A stretch of DNA of 64,000 nt, taken from Peribolospora baueri (taxonomy: Eukaryota). Location of the stretch: positions 1 to 64,000 of the forward strand of contig JAMDHS010000042.1 of NCBI GenBank assembly GCA_029717555.1, written 5' to 3'. Made by a program: the position numbers and the translations under genes. The notes beneath the pieces are model-generated. The model saw nothing but the letters and a program-made list of their open reading frames with translations. It was not told the DNA's origin and made no database searches. Shown piece after piece: positions 36,843 through 49,911 of this stretch (position 1 is the first letter of the stretch; every line of letters starts with the position of its first letter).

Positions 36843-39800
36843 CTAGCGCAAGTCGTCCTCATCGTCGTCTTCGTCTTGGTCTTCGACGGCCAGGTCCATG
36901 AGCACCGTCATCCTCCTGGCCGCCCAGCGGTCCCTCTCCGCCTGGGCTTGACTTCGTTCATATCTGCCGGCGTCATGGCCGCGACCGTAGTTGTAACTCT
37001 CCTCCTCCTCCTTCTCCTCCTCCTTCTGTCTCCTGTGGCTGGCCAACCTCGCCAACGTGCGCTCGCCGTGCTTCTCGCAGAGACGCTTTCCGTCTATCTC
37101 GTAAAAGTTCTCCAAAATCTGTCCGCAGGGGATATCGTTGGGCGGGGCGGAGGGCGACATGTACTCGCAGCGGAGACAGGCGGGGTGGAAGCGCTGCTGG
37201 AGCGGCCCTTTCGTCCTCGCCCTCCGGTCGTCCGAGCCGGCGTTGGAGGACACTTGTCGGCAGACGCCCTCGATGCCCTCACCGCAGGCGGCGCACTCGC
37301 TCCCGTTGCGACGGTGGTAGCACCGCTTGCAGAGCGCCTCCTCGCCGTTCCAGATGTAGAAGCTGCCGTCGGCAGGAAAGCTGTCGCCGCACTCGAAACA
37401 GCAAAAGCAGGCCTTGTGGAAGATGCCCTTGAGCTGTCCGTCCGACGACCGCACCGCCTGGTTCGAGATCGGCTTCTTGCACCTCCGGCACTTGGGCAGG
37501 TACAGTCTGGCGTAGTCGGCGGCGCACAGCAGCTGGCCGTCGCGCTCGACAAACGGCTCCCTCTTGTCGTCGAGCCTGGTGCGGCAGATGAAGCACCTCA
37601 GCGTCGTCGAAGAGTCGAAGGCCTGGTGGCTGCGGCTGCGCGAAGACGACGATTCGGTGGCCGAGGTGGGCGACCGGAGCGAGGACGAGGCGCTGGCGCC
37701 AGAGTCCTTGCGCTCCCTCCTCTGCGTCGGGGCCTGCAAGTGCTTCGGGCTCGTGGGCGTGTCCTTCCTGCCCCTGTTGGGCGAGCGGACGGCGTCCAAG
37801 ACGTCGTCGCCGAAACGGTCGTAGCTGGAGCTCGGCGTCAGGGCGGCGCTGGCGTTGGAGCTGCTACCGCCACTGCCCTTGGACCCGCCGCCGCCACCAC
37901 CGTGACGGCGGCCGAGGGAGTGTCGCCGATCGCGAGAGACAGAGCGATCGCGGGATCGGTGGTCCCTGTCCGCGTCCCGATCACCATAGTACCTGTCGTT
38001 GCGATCCCGACCCTGAGCGATCCTCTGCCGCTCCTGCTCCCGCTCCCTTCGCTCGCGTTCCTTGTCTCGCATCTTCTTCTCCGGATGAGGCTCAAGCAAG
38101 CTCTGGGCGCTGTAATCGGATGAGACGGACGAGGAGGGTGAGTGCCTCGACTTGGACGACGTGGTGCGGTCCGTATCCTGTCGACGCGGCCGACTGCCGT
38201 GCGAGCCGCCGCGGGCGCGGACGCGTACGGCGTTCTTTACGGAAGCGGCGTAGGCGAGAGAGGTGACGCTCATGTTTCGATCGTGATACGACGAGTCCTC
38301 GTCTCTCCCGCTGGGGCTCGAAGGCGTGGAGGGCGAGGGCGAAGGACTGTAAGTCTTGGACCTGATGCCCGCGTCCGACTTCGAGCGCTCCCTCTCCTTC
38401 CGACTGTCCATTCTCTCCGGCGCCCGCAGCCCCGAGTCCTTCCTCGTGCGCTCACCGAGCGGCGGTGGCGAAGCCGGACCGGTCTTGTCGCCGTGAAGCT
38501 GGCGGTACTTCTCGAAGAAGGGCATGCTGGGCGAGCTGGGCAAGGGCGAGGTGGGACTGCGCGGGGAAAGCGTGGTGGGAGAGGCGGTGTAGGACGGGAT
38601 GTTGAGCTGTGGGGTTTTCGCGTCGAAGGAGACGTCGACGTGAAGGTTTGGCTTGGCTGGGAGGGGGAGGAAAAAAAGAACAAAGATGGCGAAGGCGTCG
38701 AAAACAAGGGGAAAATTTGCAAGGCGTGCGAGGCGACAAGGTCAGCAACGGAACCGTGCGCGTCTGTGATAGCCACGCGTCTCGACGAACGGAAAGGAAA
38801 CCAATGTTGCGACGACGACGACGACGAGTCACTCACCCTTCCGTCCGTCACCATACTCCTCCTCGTCGCCTTCAGTGTGCACCTTGAATTGGAGCGTCTC
38901 CCTCGTCGCCTTGCCCACCGTGCTCTGGCTCTCCCTCTCCCTCATCCGAGTCGATGACGACGAGTCGCCGTCGTCGGACCTGATCCTCATCCCGCTCGTC
39001 TTGCTTGGCACCGGCGGCACTTTTGCCATCGTCGTCGCCTGCGCCTGCGCCGGACAGACGTGGCCCTCGAGCGCCTCGACGGCCAGCTGGGCGCCGCAGC
39101 CGGTACAGCGGACGAGGGGAACGATGGTACCGTTAGGCTGACGGTGCATGATGCGATGGCCTCCTTCTGCGCCTGCGCCTGCGCCTGCACCGTCACCGCC
39201 GCCGCCGCCGCCTGGCCCATCGTACGCATCAACACCTGCCCCGCCGTACTTCGCAGACCCACCGGCCTCCTCGTCGGTCCACACTTTGCCGCCGAAGCCG
39301 TCGGCGCGAGGGTCGTCGTCGTCAAGGTACTCGGACGCGCGGAAGCCGGTGCCGGCGATCGGCGCCAGCAGTCGGGGCGGGTTAGGAGGGCCGAGGTTGT
39401 GTTGTCGTGAGCCAGGGCCGGAGCCAGAGCCGAAGCCGTAGCCAGAGCCAGAGCCAGAGCCGTCGCCTTGGTGACGACCGGAAGCGTCAGGGCTCCTGCC
39501 GTCATCGTCGAAAAATCCACGCCGGTGCGGGCCAGGGGAAGGCGGGTGAGACCTGTTATCGACCGGGGAAGGATGAAAGCTCGATCCGCCTCCTCGGTCC
39601 GAATCGAAGCCATGCCCGGGGCCGTTTGGACGAGGAGAAGGAGGAGGGGCGGAGCCGGGGTACGGACCGTCGTGGCCGGCACCACTACCGCCGCGATAGC
39701 CGTCGTAGGCGTCATAGCCGCGCCCCGTCCCCATCCCGGCGCCCCCGCTATCGCCGCGGACCTGTATCTCAGGCGCACTAGGTCTCCTGCCGTCGTGGTC

Positions 39801-40814
39801 AGCACCACCGCCATAGGCACCGTAGGCGTCGTGGCCGTACGCGGATCCGCCGTCGACGTCGCCGTCCCCGCTGACATGAATTTCCGGAGCGCCAGGCCTC
39901 CGTCCCGAAGGGCCGTTGTGGCCAGCATCACCGGCGTACGGTCCATAGCCATGGCGGTCGTACCCTGTCCCCGCCGCCTCGCCGCTCTCGCCGTGGACGT
40001 GAATCTCCGGACCGCTGGGTATCCGTCCGGAAGGATGTTGATCGTACGTGGGCGCCGGCGCGTGGTCTCCGGGAGAGAAGGAGGGCTGGAAGGCGGCGGC
40101 GGCGCCGCGGCCCGCAAAGTTGGCACCTGATGCGGGCCTGGAGGGCTCAGCGGCGCGACCGGAATGGGGTGGCGGCGGGTAGCCGAGGTCGTTGTGGTCG
40201 TAGCCATAAGCGTTGTCGTGGCCCGCACCTTCGAAAGCGTGATCCTGACCGTGGCCATTACCGTGGCCGTGGTCGTATTGATCGTGACCGTGGCCGTATT
40301 GATCATGACCGTGGTCATATTGATCTTGACCGTGGCCGTGGCCGTGGTCATATTGATCCTGACCGTGACCATGGTCATACCCATCCTGACCGTACCCGTC
40401 TTGACTATGACCGTACCCGTCCTGACCCTGACCATACCCGTCCTGACCCTGACCGTGCCCATACCCTTTGCCTTCCCCGTGAGTTTGACCATAGCCAGCA
40501 TGGACCTGGGCCTGGTCATCATATCCCGCGGGCCCATAGCTGCGTGGGGAATGGGTGAACGTTCCCCGTCCGGCGAAGCCGCCGCCGTCATCCTCATGAT
40601 GGCCGTCCTGTCCCCCTCCCCCTTCCACGCCTCCTCCCCCTCCCCATCCTCCTCCTCCTCCTCCTCCTCCGTGCCAGGACGATCCCCCGGCGTCGTGTTC
40701 GCCGGGGTAGTGATGGGGATGGTCGTAGGCTCCGTAGGGGTTGCGTGGGTCAGCGCTTCCAGGGCCGGGGCCGTGACCGTGAGAGGGTGGGAAGTAGTGG
40801 CCTACGGACGCCAT
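36843..40814 (-). CDS. LIM-domain (paxillin/Pxl1-like) protein, 2 exons (40814-38837, 38656-36843), ~1263 aa
   Basis: C-terminal half LIM (CFIC...CAAD) plus two LIM domains (CRRC...HKAC.CC..C...CKRC; CAAC...HPAC.RC...C...CEKH). A phase-1 GT-AG intron joins the two long ORFs in frame. Confidence 0.85.
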
Positions 40815-42088
40815 GTCGCCGGGGTCGGGCGACTGGAGTGCTGGGGCGATCTGATCGGATCAAGAATGCGGCAGGGGCGGAGCAACGAGAAGGACGAGGA
40901 GAGAAGCGAGGTCAAGGCGAGAGCAGCGGGGGATCCAGTTCAGAGACCCATAAGTTAGAAGGAAGGAGAGAGGGATGGCGAAGGGGATGAACGGCGAGAG
41001 ATGGCCGGCAGTGGGTAGAGGAGTCAGGGGGAGCGAGCGTTGCGGGCAGGATGAGGGTGGAAGGGAACCAAGAGGCGGTGAGGGTGAAGGCGACGGTCGA
41101 CGAATAGGGAGGGTTCAGGAGCAGAGAATGGAAGGACGGCGAGCGTGGAAGGTAGGTGTGAGCTGTGAATGACAAGGGGGAGGAAGGAAGGACGGAAGAG
41201 TCGAGTGAGATGAAGTGCCAATGTCGGGTCCGTCCAGTACCTTGAATGAACGGCGATCAAACATGGCGGCGGCGCCCGCCGTCGTCGACCGCCCTGCCCT
41301 CGTCGATCCCACCCAGCCCGTTCAGCCGGCTGGTCCTGGACCGGCCCTGGCACGCGAACCGCCAGCGAGCCAGCGCCCACCCTTGATATCCAGGCGAGCC
41401 AAGTGGCCCGCTCGCCCGCCTCCGCGCCCGCCGACAGGGACGACGAAGCGCGCAAGTTCCGATGCGGCGAAGAAGACGAGAAAAGAACATGCATGCTCGG
41501 CTCGTCGTCACTCACCGAGGACGGGAGCAGAAAGGACGATCTGCCCGTCAGCCAAGGTATTCCAGCAGTCCTGATGACGCCGGCGGAAGCGATAAGGGGT
41601 ACGGGCGGCGATAGAGAGGAAGAGATAGCTAGCGAGCCAAATAGATGGGGCAGATAAAGCGAGCGAAGCGAACGAACGAATGTTTTTGCTTGCGGGGAGC
41701 GTGAGGGAGGGGCTTCGTCGCTGCGCGTTTGTCGAGGCACGGGGGGCAAGGGACGGGAGAGACGAGGGGGAAAGGGGGGGGAAGGTGAACGCGGAACGCG
41801 AGGCTGGCAGGCACGACGAGGCACGGAAGGGGACGGGACGGGCACGGCGAGGCGAACGAGGCGAGCGAGGCAGAGGAGACAGACGAGGTGGACGAGGCCA
41901 ACGAGGGACGACGGGTGGGCAGGAAGGAGAGTGGGGAGAGAAGGAAGAGAGCAAAGGAGGAGGGGTATCGGCGAGGAAAGGCGGATAGGAGAACGAGGGG
42001 GAGGTGGTGAGAGAGGAGACGACGGTGTTCGGAGAGAGGGCGAGGGCAGCCGGGCGGATTGATGGGAGCAAGGAAGAGGGAGGCGAAG

Positions 42089-42154
42089 GATATTATCCTT
42101 TCCAGCAAGTGATATTATCCTTTCCGGCAAGTGATATTATCCTATCCGGCTTGT
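42089..42154. repeat. Three tandem copies of a 22-bp unit GATATTATCCTTTCCRGCAAGT
   Basis: Copies at 42089, 42111 and 42133; the third has three mismatches to the second. Confidence 0.92.
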
Positions 42155-44816
42155 AATACTCTTGTACACCGCGCGCTATTCCTGTTAGTCTTGTCCTGTG
42201 CAACGTGCAACGCTGCCCCTCGCACAGACAGCCGCGTCGCGTGATGCCGACCGACGATCGCCGCTGCGCTGCGCTAAGGCAGCCGAACGCGGACGTGCAA
42301 AAGGAGAAAAAATACGAATACGAATACGAATAAGAAACAAGGAAAGCAAAGAAAAAAAAAGAGACGGACAGAGAAAGGAAAAGGAAGCCCAAGCCGAAGC
42401 CCAATCGGCCACGGGCATCGCACTCGCCTCGACGTTCCGCTCCCTCGCCTCGTCCCGTGCCGTCCTCGCCCGCTCGCTCCACCCTGAGAGCCCGAGCCAG
42501 AGGTGGGTTGGTTGGGTTTGGATACACGTGAGCTCCGCTCCGCCGGCGACGGCACCGTGCGAGCGAATATGGGTCGATCGACGGGAGTGATGAATGGCTG
42601 AGACAAGTCGTTCCAGATTTTCGCTCGCTGATCCCGCGCGCGGATCGACTGGTACCGGAGAGCGGGTCCGGTACATTCCCGCCGCCGCGGCGCAGCCATG
42701 GATCGTATCCTGGAGGGACCTTGGGGACGACAAATTTCATCATATACAAGTCCTCAGTACTCTCGCTCCCATTCCGTCTGCCTCTTCTCCCACCACAGAC
42801 CCACCGCTCCCTGCGCCTAGCCCACACGGTCACTTGCGGCCACGTTCGCCCGCTCCGAGCACCGATCGACACGACCTGCGACCTGCGACCGACCGCCTGC
42901 CCACCGGCGTCTTGCACCCGCGCGTCCCTCGCCTGCACATGGAGCCATCAAAGGATGGAGTCGCCCTTGATCTGTCCCGAACGCATTCGCTGATCACCCC
43001 CATCCCATCGCTCTAGGTACCTCTTTCTCTCCAGCCCGACCTGTGTCGCTCAACGCCCCCAACCTCGGGAACGTCGTCATCAACGGACGGGGCGCAATCA
43101 CGACATTGAGCCGGAAGAGCATTCATTATCTGCTCTGCTCTCGGCTGGGAAAGGGCCCATAAAGATAGATTTTATTTTTTATTTTTTATTTTTTTTATAC
43201 ATAGCAGATGCAGCACCCATTTTGACTGCGACTCGCTACCCTCTCTACGTCCACTCTTTTGGTCGATGAGGGCGACAAGACCGAAGAGGAAGAAGAGAAC
43301 AGGAAGACTTGGAGGACGAGGGGAAAAGGAAAGAGGACTGTTTCTTCTCCTTTGCACAGGCTACAGGTGGAGGCCTGTGCAAGGAGCGAAGGCAGAGAGC
43401 CAGGAGGTGAGTCTAGTCCGTGCAAGTAGGAGCAGGCCAAGATGCCCGAGGTGGAAGGGCCGTCTCGCCTCGTCTTCGCCTTTTCGGGCACGTTTGCTCG
43501 ACAGAACCCGCAACCTGTGTGACACACAGACAGGTCTCACCGCCGGCGATCACCGCCGTCGCTGTGCTGCTCCTCGGCGTCGCCTGCCATCGTCTGTCTC
43601 GTCGATCTTACGAAGCCGTCACACGTACAACCGTCGTACTATTCGCGAGATATGCCACGCGAAAACCCCATGTGAGAAACGGCGTCGTAGCCTGACGTGA
43701 TGTGATGCACGCAATATCGAAATGCCACAGACAGAAGTTCACAAACCTTTTCGCACGATCGCATGATAGAGATCGCCGAGGCGCGCGTTTGCGTGTCGCT
43801 CGCCGCCGACCGAGCACGGTGGCTACGCGGGGTTAGTAGTGCGCCAGGACGACGGACGATGTTAAACACCTGATCTGACTGAGCAAGGGGATGAGATGAG
43901 GCTCGTGCTTTTTTGAGAACGTCGTCGATCGATTGATGCCATCATCGCCTCGCCTCTCGTCCGACGCGGTCTGACGCAGACGCACTCCCCTGCATGTCAT
44001 GTCCCAGTGCCAACGGCGGCGGGCCCGTTCCATCGTCAGGTTTACACACACACAGAGAGAGAGAATTCCCATCCTCACTCACATGACGACGACACGCCCC
44101 ACGCTCCGCGCCCTCATCTTCATTTCCGTCCGCGTCGACCGGCCCCGGCCCGGTGACAGGGGCGATTTGTGGGCGAGCGAGCCAGTGCCCGCCCGTCGGC
44201 CGATTTGCCCCGTGGTGACGGGAAGCGCTCCCTCCCCGTTGATTTTTCCCTTTTTTTTTTTTTTTTTTGCTGGTGATGAACTACGGGTTGACGAGGGGAC
44301 CGATGAAGTGGACGCCGAGGAGCAAATACGTCACGATGCACCTCGAGCCAACGGTCCAGCGTGCGCCTTGGGGGGCCACCCGCCTAGGGGGGCCTGGCAG
44401 GCCAGGGTTTGTGGGCGTCGTGCAGGACATGGCAAGTCAAGTAAAGAGCATAGGACAGCGCAAGCCGGAATGAAAGTCGGAGACGGGAGAATCGTAAGCG
44501 AGCCACAAGGCGTCTCCGTTCCGTCCATCCACGCACACGTCTTGACCGAGCCAGTTTTCACAAAACAAGGGACCATGTGCGCTTTCGCTCCAAAAAATAA
44601 TTTATGTGAACGTCATCGCTTTTTCATGTCGTCATAAAGACAAGATCCGCTGCCAGAGCTGGCCCGCCGCGCCGGAACGAAATCGTGTCCTCTCCGCATT
44701 TTCTCCAAGAAGGGAAGGGGTAGATTGAGGAGAAAAAAGGTATCCAAGAAGGGCCGTGTCGAGAAGAAAAGATATCAAAGGAGATCGCCGTCCGCCACCG
44801 CGTTCTATTCGTCAGC

Positions 44817-47800
44817 TCAGATCGACCCGTCCCGGTGCCAAAAGTCGACCCATCGCTTGACGTCCCCGTCGGTCAAGCCCGAAGCGGATCGGAGCGACCG
44901 CGAGAGCTCCTGCGCTCTTTCCGTCGCGAGCATGGGCATGTGCAAGTCCGGACGGTGGCGGAAGAAGCCGAGGAGCCCCTCGGTGGGATCGCTGGCGTCG
45001 GCCGCCACGCTCTTTTCGACGCGCCCGAGCCACTCGCGGAAGGAGACGAGCGGCAGGCCGAGCGCGTCGCTGAGCGCGCCGAAGACGGTTGACCAAGGCG
45101 TCGGCTGAGGCGACACGACGTGGTAGACGGTGGAAGGAGAACTGAGATGCGGCGCAGTGAGCGCGATGTCTGCTAGAGTATGCGCAGCCACGTCCAGGGG
45201 CAGCCACGATACCGTCTGCTTGGGGGAGAGGTCATCGGCAGCGAGATCACCAGCAGTGAGTGAGTGGACACGAAAGGCGAAACATCCAGCAAGTCAGCGT
45301 CTGCGATGGGCAAGAGGGGAGGGCGCATCTGGGAATGCGAGGCGAGGCTTTGCTCACCGAGTCAGAATTGGGCAGGCAGCCGACTTGCTTGGATGCCCGG
45401 AGGAGGACTGGGACCCAGTCCGTGGGCGCCCACGCGCCCGACGGGGTCGCGCCAGACAGTTGTCCGACGCGCACCGAGTTGGCGACGAGCGCGCCGCCAC
45501 TGGCCTCCCTCGCTGCCTCAACGATGCGCTCGCTCACGTATTTGGATTCGCCGTAGCCGGTGCCGAGGCAAAGTTCCTCTTTCGAGAGCATCGCCTCCGG
45601 AACCGGTCCGTCCTCTATTTTCCAACTACCGACGGCCGCGACGGAGGAGACGAAGACGAACCGAGGCGGCGCGGCAAGCGTCGAGCGGAGCGCCAGGTCC
45701 AGCAGATGGCGGACGGAAGCGATGAGAGGTTCAAAGGAGCGAACCGACATGCGGAAGTTGAGACGCCAGGCGTTGTGCACGATGCTCGTTACGCTGTTAG
45801 TCAGCTGGGGGACAAAACCAAGGTGCGAAAAAGAAAACGGCGAGGGAAGCGTGAGCGAGATGAAAACGGCGAGGAAAGTGTGGGTGTGCCTCACTTCTGC
45901 ATACATGTCGTCCTGCAGACCCAGCCCTGGAGCCAAAATATCTCCCTCGAGCACGACCGTCTTGGAGAGGATGGACTGCACCAGGGAATCATCATCGCAG
46001 CCAATTCGCTTCAAAGCGGCGACCTGCCGCTCCGTCGACGACTTTGTACCCGGAGATGGCGACGGGCGTATGAGAGCATAGACTTTGGCGACCGAAGAAA
46101 GCGAGGACATGTGAGCGAGCAAGTTGGCGCCAAGGAATCCCGTCGTGCCGGTGATCAAGACCACTTCGAAGGCCTCCGACGACGGTCGGTGGTGCGCGCT
46201 GGCGGGATGGCGAACGGGGAAGTTGTGGGTATACTTGTCGACGAGGGACCGAAGGACCTCCACTTTGGTCTCGGAAGGAGAGCGTGCGGCGCCGACTTGG
46301 ACGACATCGACGGTCGCTGCCGCGAGCGAGGCCGGCGTGGGATGCTGGTAGACAAAGTCGGGGGGGAAGACGACGGGGCTTTCGTTCTCGGCCCGGCGGA
46401 CGCTGAAGACGATGCTGTTGCGGATATAAGTCGCGGTGAGGCTGTCGCAGCCGTGAGCGAAGACGTCCTCGTCCGGTCCAATGTCGGCGCGCATGATCGA
46501 GTTGACAGTTTCCGAGACGAAGCGCAAGACCTGTTGATGATCGCGCCAATCGTCGGGCGGCCCGACGTTGTGGGAAGGCGTTTGGGCTTCGACCAGGTCG
46601 TAGCACTGTTGAATCTCGTCAGCATACGACGTGAGAGCGTAGCCGCGTCGGACCGTCATCTTGGCGGTGCGCGGAAGCGGCTTATCTGGCGCGGCCACGA
46701 GGATCATCTGCATGGCGAGCAAATACAAAAGTGTCCAGACACAAAGCCCGGACGTCAGGCGAAGGAGGTGAAGAAGGAAACGGTCGACGCCAGTCCACTC
46801 GCCTCCTTGTACAGCCTCGAGTGACCCGGCGCCTCTGCGTTCGCGACTTCTACTTGATGCCTTGAGGGACCCAACCGGAACAAGGGCAGGCGGGACGTGG
46901 GACGTCAGTCTTCGTATTCCGGAGCCCGCTTTTCAAGGCTCGCCCAGGGCTCACTCACCAGATGCGGTTTCTAAACTCAGCCAGCGCCCTTTCGTCTCCC
47001 GGCTGCACCTCGTTGCCCGGCGTAGGCTCGATGATGATACCGGTCTGAGCACGCTCGCGGCCAAACATGACTGACGCGGCGACGAGGGGGCTCTCCTGGA
47101 TGGTGTGCTCGATCGGACCTGGGTTGGTCTAAGAAGGGGAGGGCAAGACCGAGCAGAGGGAGGCCGGCAGGTGCTTAGAAAGGGGCGAAGAGAGTCCCTC
47201 TAGGAGCGTGTGGGACGATAGCCACTCACCTTTTCGCCAGAGCTGAGCGTGATCGTGTCGTCCTTGCGACCGACGACGCGCCATAGGCCAGGCCTAGTCG
47301 GATGAGGTTGGAAGAGATCGTTGGAATGGAAGATCGGCCTACCTTCAGGGTCGTTGAAAACGGCTGGCCTGAGAGTCTCGCATTCCTTGAGAGCGGTGTC
47401 GATGAGAGAGGGGGAGGGGAGCGGTAGAATGCACGATGAGCTGACGTGTACAGGCACCAAGCTTCGCCTGGCCGCGCACAGACAGACAGAAAGCGGGATC
47501 AGTGGATGCTCACCTCGACGAGAAGCTCACACGTTCCGTCACCGTCGTTCTGGGGATCCCAGATGGCCTTGTATTGGGGTGTGATGGTGATGTACTGCCA
47601 GTCCAGGCCGTACGGCTCTTTTGAAACGATGGGCATAATGAGGCCCAGTTCGGTCCTTTGATGGGGGACAAAGAGAAGCGCGGAGAAAGAGGTCAGTAGG
47701 GAAGAAGGCGCCGTGGCAGCGGCCGCTTGAGACAGACTTACGCTCCGTATCCATTCCGGAGTTTCGCTCCGCCTTCGACCAGACGGTCGCCAGCTTCCTT

Positions 47801-49124
47801 GGAGAGAGGGCCGCCTCCATAGAACTATTTGAGAAGCACAAGCAAGCGAGGACAAGGGTTGAGGCCCCCTGGCGCCACGCAAAGACAAGAGACGGACGGC
47901 AGGGAAACGAGGCTGACCAAGTACTCCACGTGGGTCGCCAGCTTCTTCACAGCTTCCGGGTCTCTGGACCAGACCTGAAACGGCGGGGAAGATAAGAGGC
48001 GGCGATGGGACGTGAGTCGTTTCGTCGTCGGCATATTATTTTTTTCTTCTGACTCACCTCGAGGTAGAGGGGAACAGCGGAGGCGAGATCGGTTCGAGTC
48101 TTTATGAAGGCGTCCAAAAGCTCGTCGGCTGTCGGAGGCGGCCGAAGCGGGCCGCCGGGCTTGAAGCAGGCGGTGAGGCAGCCGACGGTGGGGCCCATGA
48201 GGAGGATGGAGTGGACGCCCATGAAATGGAAGAGGGGATGGGAATGCGTGCCAAAGGTGACGCCGCAGAGGTCGACGTCACCGAAGTAGGGGAACATGCA
48301 CATCTGCATCGTCCGGGAAAGCGGGCTGTCCGGAGTGAGCGAGAAGAGGGTGAGAAGTAGAAAAAGAAAGACGCGGGGCGCACCTGAATGAGGATGCGAT
48401 GGGAAAGTGAGATGGGCTTGGGGAAGGCGGAGGTGGTGCCGCTGGAAGGGAGGATCATGGCGGTGGTGTCCATGTCGTCCACCTTTCGGGCCGGTGGAGG
48501 GTCGACGTCAGCGGGGCCGGCCGAAGGATAGAGGTGGGCGAAGGTGGGCAGGGGGAGGAGGGCAGGGGGAGTGTAGGTAGCATCGGCGGCGCCTTGGTCG
48601 TCGTTGGCGAGCGATTGGAGGGCGGCGTGGGCGAGCTGCTCGACGGGGGTGCCGACGGAGACGACGACGTGGGACACCGCGGTTCGTCGGAGCAGATGAG
48701 CGAGCGCCGCGGGCGAGTTGCGGGGCGACATGGGGAAGACGGTAAAGCCCTGGCGAAGGAGGCCGACGACGACGGCGGCGCCGGTGGGAAGATCGGCGGC
48801 GAGCAGGAGGCCGACGACGCCGCGGGACCCGTTTGGCGAGGCGCCTACCGTGTCCGCCAGCGCGGCGGGCGCGATCTGGGACTCGACCCAGGCGGCAGCG
48901 CGATGGACGGCGCGGCCGACATCGCCGCGAGTGATATAGTGGAGGGCATCTCCGTCGTCGGCGTCGTAGTAAACGAAAGCAGGGTGGTTAGGCGAGTTGT
49001 GGAGGTTGAAGTCGTAGATGGCGGCGATGTCGAGGGAAAAGTCGAGGGGCGGGGTCACGAAGGTGTTGGAGCCGACGGCCTGGGGCGTCTTGGGGACGAC
49101 GCCTTTGGGGAGCGGGGACGCCAT
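44817..49124 (-). CDS. NRPS-like A-T-R enzyme (carboxylic acid reductase type), about 12 exons
   Basis: A domain: SPRNS, SSGTTSAFPKPI, PLFHFMG, YGGGPL, GYGATE, DLFQPHP, GRKDDTITLSSGEKTNPGPIE. T domain: DVFAHGCDSLTA. R domain: LITGTTGFLG, IVHNAW, GYGESKYVSE, RVGQLSG. Confidence 0.92.
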
Positions 49125-49911
49125 AGGGTTGATGAGACGGGAAGGTGTGAGCGGGCGACGGACGGACGGTGAAGGAGGCGACAATGATATATGTGTGTGG
49201 AGTGGTGCACCGTTCGGGATGTGTGCGAGCCGACCCGACTGACCTTCGCAGCCGGCGTCTCTCCGTCTCTCTTGCGCTTCCCCATTTTCTCTTGCCTTGC
49301 CGTGACGCCGATGATCACTGGCAAGTACACTCGCGCCGACCCGGGCCATCTATGCGGAGACGCCGAAGCCAAGGCGGGCGGGCACAGACTGACTGGCTGA
49401 CGTAAGCCACATAAGGTGCGTACACTGTACTCCGGTCGCGGCGTCCGCTTGTGGGGGAGTGCGTGCGGTAACGACCGCTCTACGTGCCGTCGCACTCGGG
49501 TTCGTCGTTCGTGGCTTTTTGTCTGTCTGGGATTTGGCCGACATGGAGGGGTGAGAGGAAGGACGAGCGCATGGCGTCAGGGTGCTACTACCGGCAGCCC
49601 CGGCAGAGTCTGGAGATCTCCATACGGCGATGGCTAGTTGAGCGAGCGACTCGGGCACAACGCCGCCCTCGAGTGTCGCCACGTCCTGTCTTCTCCGCCG
49701 GCATCTAGTGTCACCCCCGTTGCGTTTGGTCCACCGCGCGCGCCGGTCTGGTCTGGCTAGATAGATGCTAACTAGATCCGTCACGCTACGCCTGCGCTAC
49801 GTCCGAGCAAAGGGGGATCAGACACGCAGCATGAGTCGCCTCGTCAACCCATCCCCGAAATCCATCTACGCAGTCCGTCCACCGCGCTTTGGCCCCTGTG
49901 ATCGCCGGCAT

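Noticed and set aside
36876..40958. Long alternative-frame and antisense ORFs (415, 536 and 264 aa) over the LIM gene
   Set aside because: Explained by GC-rich, repetitive coding sequence that lacks stop codons in other frames.
41024..42130. 368-aa Pro/Ser/Leu-rich minus-strand ORF
   Set aside because: Translation of a pyrimidine-rich leader-like region; begins inside the 22-bp repeat at a non-ATG codon and has no domain.
42089..42154. 22-bp repeats as a CRISPR array
   Set aside because: Units are directly adjacent with no spacers, there are no cas genes, and the context is eukaryotic.
45130..46824. 564-aa plus-strand ORF overlapping the NRPS-like T-R region
   Set aside because: Antisense shadow; the minus strand carries the conserved motifs.
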